Shown piece by piece: positions 14,769-23,776 of a stretch of 32,000 nucleotides of DNA (position 1 is the stretch's first letter; each line of letters opens with the position of its first letter). The notes beneath the pieces are model-generated. The model was given only the letters and a program-made list of their open reading frames with translations. It was not told the origin of the DNA and searched no databases. The stretch lies in assembly GCF_000284115.1 (NCBI RefSeq), contig NC_017080.1, positions 3,180,001-3,212,000 on the forward strand. The letters are read 5' to 3'. The stretch is from Phycisphaera mikurensis NBRC 102666. GTDB lineage: Bacteria > Planctomycetota > Phycisphaerae > Phycisphaerales > Phycisphaeraceae. The position numbers and the translations under genes are program-made.

Positions 14769-16373
14769 TCAGAGCAGCGGGCCGACCAGCCGCGCACCAT
14801 TGCGGATCAGCCGGCGCGGGAAGGAACGCGCCTCCCAAGCCTCCATCGACAGCGGCAAGGACCGAGCGACGTACTCCTCCTGCAGCGTCACGAGCTCGCG
14901 CGTGAAGGCCGGGTCGTACACGAGCAGCGAGAGCTCGAAGTTCAGGTAGAAGCTGCGGGCGTCGAGGTTGACGGTGCCGATGATCGACAGGTCGCCGTCG
15001 ACGGTGACGCTCTTGGTGTGCAGCAGCCCGCCGCGGTACAGGTGCACGCCGACGCCGGCTTCGAGCAGGTCGCCGAGGTGGGCCTCGCCGGCGGCCTGCG
15101 CCAGCGCGCTGTCGAGCACCTCGGGCACGACCAGCGCCACCTCGACCCCGCGGGCGGCCGCGGAGGTCAGCGCGACGAGCACGGCCTCGTCGGGGATGAA
15201 GTACGGCGTGGTGAGCACGACGCGGCGGCGGGCGGCGTACACCGCCGTGAGCAGCAGCTCGCGGATGCTCTGCCCGGTGAGGTGCGGCCCCGACGGCACG
15301 ACCTGCACCCAGCTGGTGCCGCGTTCGGGCTCGGCGTGGGGGTCGTAGCCCGGCGGATCGTCGATCCGGTCGCGGGCTTGGGGCGACCGCGGTCGTCCCT
15401 CCCCCGCGACGCTGACGCCCCGCGTCCGCGGCCGCTCCCGCCGCTCGCGCAGCGGCTCCCACGGCAGGCGGTGGCCCTCCAGCAGCGCCGGCATGGGCTG
15501 CTTCTCGGCCTTCCAATCCTCCAGGAAGACCGCGTGGAGCGGGCCCACCGCGGGGCCGGCGACCTCGACCATGCAGTCCACCCAGGGCCCGACCTCGGCG
15601 GCCTTCTTCAGCCGGCGCGGGCCGACGAGGTTCATCGAGCCGGTGAAGGCGATCTCTTGGTCGATGACGGCGAGCTTGCGGTGGTTCCGCAGGTCGACGC
15701 GGCGGATCAGCATCCGCCAGGGGTTGCTGGGCAGCGCGGCGACGAGCTCGACGCCGGCGGCACGCAGCCGCTCCACCTGCGGGGACTTCCGCAGGAACGA
15801 CCGGCTGCCCAGGGCATCGACGAGCACGCGGCAGGCGACGCCGCGTCGGGCGGCGGCGACGAGGGCGTCCATCACCGGCACGCTCGCCGGGCCGTCCATG
15901 AAGATGTAGTAGACCATCTCGACGCGGCTCCGGGCCCGATCGATCGCTCCGGCGAGCCGCTTGAAGGCGGCGCCGGTCCGCGGCAGCAGCTTCAGCCGGT
16001 TGCCCGGCAGGGCCGGCACGCCGGTCGCTCGCTCGGCCTGGACGGCCAGCGGCGTGAAGCGGCGGTCCAGCGCGTCGCCGATGCCCGGCGCCCCGGCCCG
16101 CTCACGCAGGCCGCGCAGGTAAGCCTCGGTGTCGGCGTGCGGGTCGAGCGATCGCAGGGCCGCGCGGCGGCCGATGCGGATCTCGCCCAGCAGCCAGTAC
16201 GCGGCCGAGCCGGCGAACGGGAAGACGAGCACGACGACGAGCCAGGCGAGCGAGAGCTCGACGTCGTGGCGACGCATCAGGATCCGCACGCAGGTTCCCA
16301 GCCGCAGAACGACGTCCGCGAGGAGGATCGCGGTCGCCCACCAGGGCGTGGCGTCAGGCGGCAGGAAGGGCAT
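14769..16373 (-). CDS. cls: Cardiolipin synthase (PLD superfamily, two HKD motifs)
   Basis: ORF 14769..16373 (534 aa). Two N-terminal TM helices. HKD motif 1 is NHRKLAVIDQEIAFTGSMNL and HKD motif 2 is LHTKSVTVDGDLSIIGTVNLD. There is an Arg/Pro-rich linker between the two PLD halves (about 15318-15458) that looks longer than I would expect for ClsA. Confidence 0.9.
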   Translation of the reverse strand: MPFLPPDATPWWATAILLADVVLRLGTCVRILMRRHDVELSLAWLVVVLVFPFAGSAAYWLLGEIRIGRRAALRSLDPHADTEAYLRGLRERAGAPGIGDALDRRFTPLAVQAERATGVPALPGNRLKLLPRTGAAFKRLAGAIDRARSRVEMVYYIFMDGPASVPVMDALVAAARRGVACRVLVDALGSRSFLRKSPQVERLRAAGVELVAALPSNPWRMLIRRVDLRNHRKLAVIDQEIAFTGSMNLVGPRRLKKAAEVGPWVDCMVEVAGPAVGPLHAVFLEDWKAEKQPMPALLEGHRLPWEPLRERRERPRTRGVSVAGEGRPRSPQARDRIDDPPGYDPHAEPERGTSWVQVVPSGPHLTGQSIRELLLTAVYAARRRVVLTTPYFIPDEAVLVALTSAAARGVEVALVVPEVLDSALAQAAGEAHLGDLLEAGVGVHLYRGGLLHTKSVTVDGDLSIIGTVNLDARSFYLNFELSLLVYDPAFTRELVTLQEEYVARSLPLSMEAWEARSFPRRLIRNGARLVGPLL

Positions 16374-16537
16374 GTCGACGCCGGGTGAGCGGGAGCGGGA
16401 AGCCGGGGGCGATTGAGGTCAGGACGGCTGCGCAAGCCGGCGATCGGCGTGCCGCCGCCGCGGAGTGCCCGGTGCCCCCTGACCTTGCCTCCCCCTCTTC
16501 GCCGCTGGCTCCGTCTCCGGGCGGCCGGGCCGCGGCT

Positions 16538-16849
16538 TCAGCGCTCCGAGATCCGGTCGAGGTGGCTCTTCACCGCCCGCCCCAGCTTCGCCGCCGCCTC
16601 GTCGATCACCTTGTAGAGGTCCTCACCCTTGCTGTCGACGGTGATCGGCCGGTGGCCCTCGGGACGCGCTTCCATGACCGCCCGCTTGTCGTCGTTGCCG
16701 TGCTTGCCGGCGTTGTCGTCGCGGAGGTGGACCTCGACGCGGGTGATGCCGTGGCTGACGCGAGCCATGGCTTTCTCGACCTGCTCGTTGACGCGCGTCT
16801 TGAGGGCGTCGGAAGCGTCGACGTCGCCGAAGTTGATCTGGATCTGCAT
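16538..16849 (-). CDS. hpf: Ribosome hibernation promoting factor / RaiA family (short form)
   Basis: ORF 16538..16876 trimmed to ATG 16849 (MQIQINFGDVD, the typical HPF N-terminus). Other matches: ALKTRVNEQVEKA, ITRVEVHL, and the DLYKVIDEAAAKLGRAVK helix. Confidence 0.85.
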   Translation of the reverse strand: MQIQINFGDVDASDALKTRVNEQVEKAMARVSHGITRVEVHLRDDNAGKHGNDDKRAVMEARPEGHRPITVDSKGEDLYKVIDEAAAKLGRAVKSHLDRISER

Positions 16850-16971
16850 GGATGTCGTCTCAGGGGTGGGGGGCAAGGGGGCGGGGCAGGCTACCCCGGT
16901 GCGACGCCGCGGACCGCGGGCCGGAGCGGCCGGGAGCGGCGGCGGTCCGCGGGCCGGTAGGGTGTCGCGCG

Positions 16972-19900
16972 ATGCGGCAGGACGCCCGACGGGCCCGACG
17001 ACGGAGGGGGAGGCGGGCCGCGGGGATCGCGGTCGCGGCGGGCCTCTCGTTCGCGGGAGCGGCGGCGCCGCCCGCCGGGGCCCAGGCTCCCGCCGGAGCC
17101 GGGGCGGCGTCCGCCGAACCGGCCACGCTGCGGCTCGAAGCGCCGCGGGCGGCCGTGTGGGAGACGCCCGGCGGCGTCCGGTACGTGCTGCTCCGCGGGC
17201 TTCCGGTGCGGGCGGATGCGGCGGCGGCGGGCGCCGGCGGAGGGGCCCGGCTGACGATCGGCCGCCGGGTGTTCGAGGCGCGGGAGGCGCTGGTGGAGCT
17301 CACGCCGGCACCGGGCGGGTACGCGCTGCGGGCGGCGCTCGCGGACGCGCGGGGGCGTTCCCGGGGCGGTGGCTCCGTCGGCTCGGCGAGGCCGCTGCGG
17401 GTCACCGCCCGCGTCGACGGGCCGGTGGATCTGGTCACGCCGGGCCTCCAACGCGGCCGACCGGACGCGGCGATCGGCCCGCTGCGGGCGGCGCTGCGCA
17501 TCGGCGGCGACGCGTCCCCCACCGCGTCGGAGCCGGAAGCGGCGGTCACGGCGGCCGAGCGGGAGCGGGAAGCCCGGCGCGCCGCGGAGGTCCGCGATGC
17601 GCAGTCGCGCCTGCTGACCCCGCCGGCGCCCGACGAGGCGGTGGCCGCGGCGCGGCTCGCCGCCGAAGCGCGGCGCGAGGCCCGGGCGGAGGCGGAGCGC
17701 CCCGCCGCGGACGCGGGCGTGCTGCCGGCCGCGGGCGTCGTGAGCGTCGACGCGCCGCGGATCACCGCGGAGCCGGCGGCCGGCGGCGGGACCACGCTCA
17801 CGATGCAGGGCGGGGTCAAGCTGCAGTACGAGGATCTTGCCGCCCCCGGCGGCCGCGTCGTGACGCTCCGCGCCGAGCGGGCGGTGGTCTTCCTCGACGG
17901 CGAGGACGCGCAAGCGCCCGCGGCGGGCCGGGCCTCCCTCGACGCCTCGGGCGTCTCCGGCGTTTACCTCGAGGACGCGGTGGAGGTGTCCGATGGCGAC
18001 CTGGCCGTCCGCGGCGCCCGCGTCTTCTACGACGTGACGGGCAACCGGGCGGTGCTGCTCGACGCGGTGCTGTACCGGGTGGATCCCGGCGAGGACGCGC
18101 CGCTCTACGTGCGGGCCGAGGTGCTCCGCCAGACCGCGCGGCAGAGCTTCGCCGCGGAGGAGGCGACGCTCACGACGACCTCCTTCGCGGAGCCGACCGT
18201 CGCGGTGGGCGCCGACCGGCTGGACGTCCGCGGCTACGAAACCCGCGGGGGCCGCCGCGGCCTCGCGGTGGACGCCCGCGGGCTGACGCTGGAGGCGGGC
18301 GGGGTGCCGGTGTTCTGGTTCCCGCGTGTGGCGGGCCGGGGCTCCACGATCCCGCTGCGGTCGGTCGCCGCGGGCTACAGCGAGAACCAGGGCGTCCGCT
18401 TCCGCACCGTGTGGGACGCCTACGGCCTGCTCGGGATCGACGCCCCGCCCGGGGTGGATGCCTCCTTCACCCTCGGGGTCAACGGCGAGCACGGCGGCGA
18501 GGTCGGCGGCGACCTCGCCTGGCAGGGCGCCGGCGCCTCGGGCTTCCTCCACGGGTACGCGCTGCCCGACGACAACGGGGAAGACAACCTCCCGCGCCGG
18601 CCCGACCCCGAGAACGACGGCGTGTTCCGCGGCCACGCGGGCGTGGGCCACCGCCAGGCGCTGCCCAACGCGACGACGCTCACGCTGGAGGCCCAGAGCT
18701 CCTCGGACCCGACGTACTACGAGGCCTTCTTCCGGAACCTCGCGTACAGCGCTCCCGCCGACGAGGCCGCGGCCTACCTGCAGCACCGCGACGGCGACAC
18801 CTCCGCCTCGCTGCTGGTGAGCGCGCGGATCGACCCCTTCCTCGGGCAGCTCGTGCCGCTGGAGACCTTCGGCTACACGGTGGACCGGCTCCCCGAGGCG
18901 CAGGTCCGCCAGGTCGGCCGCTCGCTCGCCGGGGGCGGCGAGGGGCGCGACGCCGCCCAGCTGCTCTGGTTCCAGGAGACCACCGCCGGGCTGCTGCGGG
19001 CCAACGCCGACCGTTCCGAGCCCGGGGAGCGCGGCTTCGTCGACGGCCTGGGCACGGCCGTCTTCGGCGTGCCGGCGGGCGTCGGCTTCGACGAGGCGCT
19101 CGACGCCCGCGGGGTGCCCGGGGACGCCGTCGCCCGCCTCGACAGCCGCCAAGAGCTCCAGGCACCGGTGCGGCTGGGCCCGGTGACCGCGGCGCCCTTC
19201 GCCGTCGGGCGGATCACCGCCTACGACCAGGACTTCGACGCGTTCAGCGGCGGCGGGAACGACCCGGTACGCGCCTGGGGGCAGGCGGGCGTGCGGCTCT
19301 CCGCGAACGCGGCCCGGACGCTGACCGACGCCGGCTCGGGCCTGCTCGACGTGGACGGGCTCCGCCACGTGGTGGAGCCGCACGCGACGCTGGCCTACGC
19401 GTGGACGAACCTCTCCGCCGAGCGGCTGCCGGTCTACGACCCGCTCGTGGAGGACCTCGCGGAGGGCGGTCAGGCGGCACTGGGCGTCCGCCAGACGCTG
19501 CAGACCCGGCGCGGGCCGCGGCAAAGCGACGCCGCTGGAGCCCCCGCCTGGGCGGGCGCCCGCACCGTCGACTGGGTGATCGTCGACACGACGCTCGTCC
19601 TCCAGGAGGAGGCGCGTCGTGGCACGCCGGGCCTGCGGCAGCTGCTGCTCGGGGACGACTCGCCCGCGGCCATCGGCCGATACGACGATCACCGCCCGGA
19701 GACCGCCCGCGGCGGCGACTTCCTCCAGGCCGATGCCCGCTGGCTCGTGACCGACTCCCTCGGGCTCGCCGGCGAGGTGATCCAGGACCTCGACGGCGGC
19801 GGCGTCCCGCTCTGGCGGGTCGGCGGCCAGCTGCAGCACACCCCGCGCTTCGCCCTGCGCGCCGGGTACACCCGCCTGCGGCCGCTGGATTCCGAGCTGC

Positions 19901-20109
19901 TCAGCTACGGCTTCCGCTACCGGCTCACGGCGAAGTACGCGGTGGAGGTGGAGCACACGATCGACCTGGGCGGCTCGGAGCGGCGGGTCATCGACGTCGA
20001 CCTGGAGCGTCGGCTCCCGCAGTTCAGCCTCCGCGTGAGCGCCCGCTTCGACGAGCTGCGGGACGACACCACGTTCGGGTTCGCCCTGGTCCCGCGGCGG
20101 GCCCGCTAA
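16972..20109 (+). CDS. lptD: LPS-assembly outer-membrane protein, LptD/OstA-like
   Basis: ORF 16852..20109 trimmed to ATG 16972 (MRQDARRARRRRGRRAAGIAVAAGLSFAGAAA, signal-like). An OstA-like N-terminal part has repeated pseudo-symmetric strands (GGVKLQYEDL, LRAERAVVF, LEDAVEVSDGDLAVRGARVFYDVTGNRAVL). A C-terminal barrel segment resembles LptD (LRHVVEPHATLAYAWTN, LPVYDPL, ALGVRQTLQTRRG). The alternating barrel-like strands continue to the C-terminus. Confidence 0.7.
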   Translation: MRQDARRARRRRGRRAAGIAVAAGLSFAGAAAPPAGAQAPAGAGAASAEPATLRLEAPRAAVWETPGGVRYVLLRGLPVRADAAAAGAGGGARLTIGRRVFEAREALVELTPAPGGYALRAALADARGRSRGGGSVGSARPLRVTARVDGPVDLVTPGLQRGRPDAAIGPLRAALRIGGDASPTASEPEAAVTAAEREREARRAAEVRDAQSRLLTPPAPDEAVAAARLAAEARREARAEAERPAADAGVLPAAGVVSVDAPRITAEPAAGGGTTLTMQGGVKLQYEDLAAPGGRVVTLRAERAVVFLDGEDAQAPAAGRASLDASGVSGVYLEDAVEVSDGDLAVRGARVFYDVTGNRAVLLDAVLYRVDPGEDAPLYVRAEVLRQTARQSFAAEEATLTTTSFAEPTVAVGADRLDVRGYETRGGRRGLAVDARGLTLEAGGVPVFWFPRVAGRGSTIPLRSVAAGYSENQGVRFRTVWDAYGLLGIDAPPGVDASFTLGVNGEHGGEVGGDLAWQGAGASGFLHGYALPDDNGEDNLPRRPDPENDGVFRGHAGVGHRQALPNATTLTLEAQSSSDPTYYEAFFRNLAYSAPADEAAAYLQHRDGDTSASLLVSARIDPFLGQLVPLETFGYTVDRLPEAQVRQVGRSLAGGGEGRDAAQLLWFQETTAGLLRANADRSEPGERGFVDGLGTAVFGVPAGVGFDEALDARGVPGDAVARLDSRQELQAPVRLGPVTAAPFAVGRITAYDQDFDAFSGGGNDPVRAWGQAGVRLSANAARTLTDAGSGLLDVDGLRHVVEPHATLAYAWTNLSAERLPVYDPLVEDLAEGGQAALGVRQTLQTRRGPRQSDAAGAPAWAGARTVDWVIVDTTLVLQEEARRGTPGLRQLLLGDDSPAAIGRYDDHRPETARGGDFLQADARWLVTDSLGLAGEVIQDLDGGGVPLWRVGGQLQHTPRFALRAGYTRLRPLDSELLSYGFRYRLTAKYAVEVEHTIDLGGSERRVIDVDLERRLPQFSLRVSARFDELRDDTTFGFALVPRRAR

Positions 20110-20314
20110 GGGGTCGATCCGGCCGGGATCGCGCAGCGCCCGCAGCACCGCAGCGGCAATCAGGCCCCCGCGCGAGCGACGCGTCGGCCGCTTGCTCCCC
20201 CGCCGCGGCGCGGCACCGACGCGGAGGCGGACGGCGCCGTGTTCAAGATCTGATAGGGTCCCGGTCCGAGGGTCCGGCGTTCGCCTGCGGATCTGCGTTC
20301 CCGCGAGCCGCGTC

Positions 20315-21835
20315 ATGCCCGTGTCCGTCCAGAGTTTCGTCCTGCACGGCATCGAGCCGGGGCCCTGCGAGATCGAGGTGGACACCACCGGCACCGACCA
20401 GTGGCCGCCGCCCAAGCCGGTGGTGGTGGGGCTGCCCGACGCGGCGGTCAAGGAGTCGGTGGAGCGCGTGGTCTCCGCGATCGGCAACAGCGGGTACACG
20501 CTCAATCCCGACAAGGTCCTCATCTCGCTGGCGCCCGCGGACGTGAAGAAGGTGGGCCCCCGCTACGACCTCCCGATGGCGATCGGCCTGCTGCACCGGC
20601 AGCAGGTGATCCGCACGGACCGCCACGGGGGCCTGCTGTTCGCGGGCGAGCTGGCGCTGGACGGGCGGATCCGCCCCATCTCCGGCGTCATCAACATGGC
20701 GCTGCTCGCCCGCCGCGCGGGCGCCGCCGGCGTCGTGGTTCCCCGAGAGAACGCCGCCGAGGCGTCCGCGGTGCAGGGCGTTGCCGTGTACGCGGCCGAC
20801 ACGCTGCGGGAGATCGTGGACTTCCTCAACGCCGACGCCGAGCTCGCCCCCGTCGCGTCCGCCGAGCTCGCTCCGCTGCTCCGCAACGCCACCGCCGCGG
20901 TGGACTTCGCCGACGTGCGGGGCCAGGAGGGCGCGAAGCGGGCGCTGCTGATCGCGGCCGCCGGGAGCCACAACGCCCTGATGCTCGGCCCGCAGGGAAC
21001 CGGCAAGACGCTCATGGCCAAGGCGCTGCCGGGCCTGCTGCCGCCGCTCTGCCCCGACGAGGCCCTGGAGGTGACACGGATCTACTCCTCCATCGGCCAG
21101 GTGCCGCGGGACGCCCCGCTCATCGAGTCCCGTCCCGTCCGGACGCCGCACCACACCGCCAGCCCCGCCGCGGTCATCGGCGGCGGCAGCACCCCGCGGC
21201 CCGGCGAGGTCTCGCTGGCGCACCACGGGGTGCTGTTCCTCGACGAGCTCCCCGAGTTCCCGCGGGCCGTGCTCGAGACGCTGCGCCAGCCGCTCGAAGA
21301 CGCCGTCGTGACGATCGCCCGCGCCGCCGGCTCGGTCAGCTTCCCGGCCCGCTTCATGCTGCTCGCCGCGCTGAACCCCACGCCCAAGGGCAGCCAGAGC
21401 GGCGACGCCGCGGGGAAGAAGGCCCAGGAGAAGTACCTCGCGAAGCTCTCCGGGCCCCTCGTCGACCGCATCGACATCCACGTGGAGGTTCCCCCGGTCC
21501 CGCACGCCGTGCTGATGGGCCGCACAGCGGGCACCACGACGGCCCAGATGCGGGAGCGGGTCGTCGCGGCCCGCACCCTCCAGAGCGCCCGCAACGGCGG
21601 GCCGCTGCACCCCAACGCGTCGCTCTCGCACCGCCGCCTGGACGAGCTGGCGACGCCCGACGCCGCGGGCAGGCAGCTGCTGGCGCAGGCGATGGCGGAG
21701 CTTGGCCTCTCGGCGCGGGCCTACGACAAGGTGCGCCGCGTGGCCCGGACGATCGCCGACCTCGAGGCCGCCGAGGTCGTCGGCCTGCCCCACATCGCCG
21801 AAGCCGTGCAGTACCGCGTGCTGGACCGGGTCTAG
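20315..21835 (+). CDS. comM: YifB/ComM family Mg-chelatase-like AAA+ ATPase
   Basis: ORF 20192..21835 trimmed to ATG 20315 (MPVSVQSFVLHGI). Lon-protease-like N-domain (VGLPDAAVKESVERV, APADVKKVGPRYDLPMAIGLL). Walker A GPQGTGKT, Walker B VLFLDELPEF, then LLAALNP, GPLVDRIDIHVEV, and the C-terminal LSARAYDKVRRVARTIADLE. Confidence 0.95.
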   Translation: MPVSVQSFVLHGIEPGPCEIEVDTTGTDQWPPPKPVVVGLPDAAVKESVERVVSAIGNSGYTLNPDKVLISLAPADVKKVGPRYDLPMAIGLLHRQQVIRTDRHGGLLFAGELALDGRIRPISGVINMALLARRAGAAGVVVPRENAAEASAVQGVAVYAADTLREIVDFLNADAELAPVASAELAPLLRNATAAVDFADVRGQEGAKRALLIAAAGSHNALMLGPQGTGKTLMAKALPGLLPPLCPDEALEVTRIYSSIGQVPRDAPLIESRPVRTPHHTASPAAVIGGGSTPRPGEVSLAHHGVLFLDELPEFPRAVLETLRQPLEDAVVTIARAAGSVSFPARFMLLAALNPTPKGSQSGDAAGKKAQEKYLAKLSGPLVDRIDIHVEVPPVPHAVLMGRTAGTTTAQMRERVVAARTLQSARNGGPLHPNASLSHRRLDELATPDAAGRQLLAQAMAELGLSARAYDKVRRVARTIADLEAAEVVGLPHIAEAVQYRVLDRV

Positions 21836-21915
21836 CGCCTCGCGGGGAAGCGGCGCGGCCGCGGCGTCCGCGGTACGCTGGCGGCGCCTTCTCCCCCGCA
21901 AAGGATTCCCACGCC

Positions 21916-23010
21916 ATGGCCAAGATGTTCTACACCCTCGAAGAGGCCTCCGAACGCCTCGGGCTCGATGAAGAAGCGATCAAGGCCCTGGCGCAGGAGG
22001 GACAGCTCCAGCAGTTCCGCGACCGCGACAAGCTGATGTTCAAGCGGGAGCAGATCGACGACATGGCGGACAGCTCCGGCTCCAGCCAGGCGATCCCGCT
22101 CTCGGGCCTGCAGCTCGACGACGACGGCGCCGACCAGACCCGCCTGGACAGCACCGGCCTCGGCGCCACCGGCATGGGCAACTCCGGCCTCGAGGGCACC
22201 GGCATCACCCTGCTCGACGACTCCGACGACAGCGTGATCCGCGCCGCCGACGACACCAACGCGGCCACGTCCCTCGGCGCCGACCTGGATGCCTTCGACA
22301 GCGGCTCGTCCGCGGGCCGCTCCGCGATGGAGGGCACCGGCGTGTCGGTGTTCGACGCGGGCGAGGTCGACGACGCCGATCCCATGGCGCAGACCGCGAT
22401 GACGGCCGGCATCGACGACGAGGAGCTGGCGCTGGAGAGCGTCGGCTCGGGCTCGGGCCTGCTGGACCTCACGCGGGAGTCCGACGACACGTCGCTCGGT
22501 GCCGAGCTGCTCGATGAGATCTACCCCGGGGGCAGCGCCACCGGCGAGAGCGCCTTCGCGATGGAGTCTTCCGTCGGCTCCTCCGGGGTCTTCGACGGCG
22601 CGATGGGGATGGACACCGGCGCCGGCGCCTCCGGCCCGTCCGGGCTGGAGCACCTCGGGGCTTCGGGCACCGGGTCGGTCGCCTCCTCGGCCGTCTTCAC
22701 GAGCCCCTCCGCGGACGACTCCGTGGCCGGCGTGCACAGCACCCCGATGATGGCCTCGGGGGCCGACGAGGGGTACGACCCGGTGGGCTCGGGCATGTCC
22801 GCCGGCCTGCTCTTCGCCGCCCTGCTCGCGCTGGGCATCGGCCTGGCCGTGAGCGCGTCGGCGGCCATGGGCTACCGCAGCACGCTCCTGGACGTCTTTA
22901 TCGGCGACGGCGGTGCGACCGGCCGCTTCCTGCTCTTCGGCGGGTTGCTGATCCTCGCGGTCGTCCTCGGCGTCGTCGGCACGGTGGTCGGCAAAGCCGC
23001 GGCCCGCTGA
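21916..23010 (+). CDS. Membrane-anchored protein: N-terminal HTH (excisionase/MerR-like HTH_17), long acidic Gly/Ser/Asp-rich linker, two C-terminal TM helices
   Basis: 3' part of ORF 20401..23010. ATG 21916 is preceded by AAGGA (21901-21905). The N-terminus MFYTLEEASERLGLDEEAIKALAQEGQLQQFRDRDKLMFKREQIDDM is an HTH_17-like helix-turn-helix. About 230 aa are rich in D/E/G/S/T. C-terminal helices: GLLFAALLALGIGLAVSASAA and FLLFGGLLILAVVLGVVGTVVG. Confidence 0.7.
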   Translation: MAKMFYTLEEASERLGLDEEAIKALAQEGQLQQFRDRDKLMFKREQIDDMADSSGSSQAIPLSGLQLDDDGADQTRLDSTGLGATGMGNSGLEGTGITLLDDSDDSVIRAADDTNAATSLGADLDAFDSGSSAGRSAMEGTGVSVFDAGEVDDADPMAQTAMTAGIDDEELALESVGSGSGLLDLTRESDDTSLGAELLDEIYPGGSATGESAFAMESSVGSSGVFDGAMGMDTGAGASGPSGLEHLGASGTGSVASSAVFTSPSADDSVAGVHSTPMMASGADEGYDPVGSGMSAGLLFAALLALGIGLAVSASAAMGYRSTLLDVFIGDGGATGRFLLFGGLLILAVVLGVVGTVVGKAAAR

Positions 23011-23017
23011 TCGGTTC

Positions 23018-23032
23018 GCCGGGCGACCCGGC
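23018..23032. terminator. Short GC hairpin between convergent genes (possible bidirectional terminator)
   Basis: GCCGGG-cga-CCCGGC read directly. There is no clear U-tract on either strand, so this is weak. Confidence 0.2.
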
Positions 23033-23076
23033 GGCCGTCGGGCGCAACCTCCCGGAGCCAAGAGCACCGCGCCCCG

Positions 23077-23262
23077 CTACTCCTCCAGGTCGGCCTGATC
23101 CAGCGGCCGCGAGATCGTGTACCGGCCGTCCAGCCAGCGGCCCATGTCGATCGTGCGGCAGCGTTGGGAGCAGAACGGGCCGACGGATTCGCGGGGCAGC
23201 GCAGCCCGGCACACGGGGCACGGCGGTTCGGCGTCGGCGGCGTCGTCGTGGGGCTCGGTCAT
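23077..23262 (-). CDS. yacG: DNA gyrase inhibitor YacG (zinc-ribbon protein)
   Basis: Last 61 codons of ORF 23077..23703. Sequence MTEPHDDAADAEPPCPVCRAALPRESVGPFCSQRCRTIDMGRWLDGRYTI matches the YacG signature CPxC...PFCSxRCxxIDLGxW. Confidence 0.8.
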   Translation of the reverse strand: MTEPHDDAADAEPPCPVCRAALPRESVGPFCSQRCRTIDMGRWLDGRYTISRPLDQADLEE

Positions 23263-23273
23263 CTCCCGCGACG

Positions 23274-23762
23274 TTACGCGTCCGCACGCGCGCCGCTTTG
23301 CAGGCTCCGCAGCCGGTCCGCGACGCCGCCGACGCCGCGAATCGAGAGGTTCCGGCCGCCGCCGGGAGCGTGCTCGAGGCGCAGGTCCACGCGGTCCGCG
23401 GGGAGGGCGCCCAGCACCCGGGAGGCCCACTCGACGGCGACAACCGACACCGCGAGCAGCTCGCCGCCCCAGCCGAGCTCCTCCAGCTCGCCGGGGCCGC
23501 TCATGCGGTAGGCGTCGACGTGGACCAGCCACGGGCCGGCGTCCGCGCCCCCGGCGGGCTCGTGCTCGGTCATCCGCACGAAGGTCGGGCTCGACACGCC
23601 GGCGGGGTCGATGCCCAGGCCCCGGGCGATCCCGCGGACGAGCGTCGTCTTGCCGGCCCCCAGCTCGCCCTCGAGCGCCAGCACGTCGCCGGCCGCCAGG
23701 CACCGCCCCAGGCGCTCGCCCGCGTCCGCGGTGGCGGCCGCGTCTGGAAGCCGCAGCTCCAT
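23274..23762 (-). CDS. tsaE: tRNA t6A37 threonylcarbamoyladenosine biosynthesis ATPase TsaE (YjeE)
   Basis: Last 162 codons of ORF 23274..24998. Walker A in LALEGELGAGKTTLVRGIARGLG. Also SPTF, and HVDAYR with the typical TsaE Asp-x-Tyr-Arg. The gene starts 14 nt after the thiL stop. Confidence 0.88.
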   Translation of the reverse strand: MELRLPDAAATADAGERLGRCLAAGDVLALEGELGAGKTTLVRGIARGLGIDPAGVSSPTFVRMTEHEPAGGADAGPWLVHVDAYRMSGPGELEELGWGGELLAVSVVAVEWASRVLGALPADRVDLRLEHAPGGGRNLSIRGVGGVADRLRSLQSGARADA

Positions 23763-23776
23763 GGTGAGGACCGGGC

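Noticed and set aside
14086-14905. Small ORFs inside the tandem array (for example 14189..14407, 14412..14624, 14618..14905 and their minus-strand counterparts)
   Set aside because: Their peptides simply reiterate the repeat (RRRSAL, AAWRRHAVR blocks) in several frames. There is no start context or coding bias.
11990-14949. Long alternative ORFs over the USP-DUF389 gene and the repeat array (11990..14086 minus, 12034..14949 +, 12285..12995 +, 13168..13953 minus)
   Set aside because: They are Arg/Pro-rich shadows. The 12034..14949 ORF even reads through the tandem array and produces repeated peptide blocks, which reflects the DNA repeat rather than a protein.
16629-20546. 1305-aa + ORF and 1210-aa minus ORF (16891..20523) overlapping the lptD-like gene
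   Set aside because: Both are Arg/Gly/Pro-rich off-frame or antisense shadows. The 16972..20109 frame is the only one with balanced composition, barrel-like strand alternation and LptD-like motifs.
23263-23703. N-terminal 147 codons of the 208-aa ORF 23077..23703
   Set aside because: This part overlaps tsaE in another frame and is Arg/Gly/Pro-rich. Only the last 61 codons match YacG, and they begin with an ATG 11 nt after the tsaE stop.
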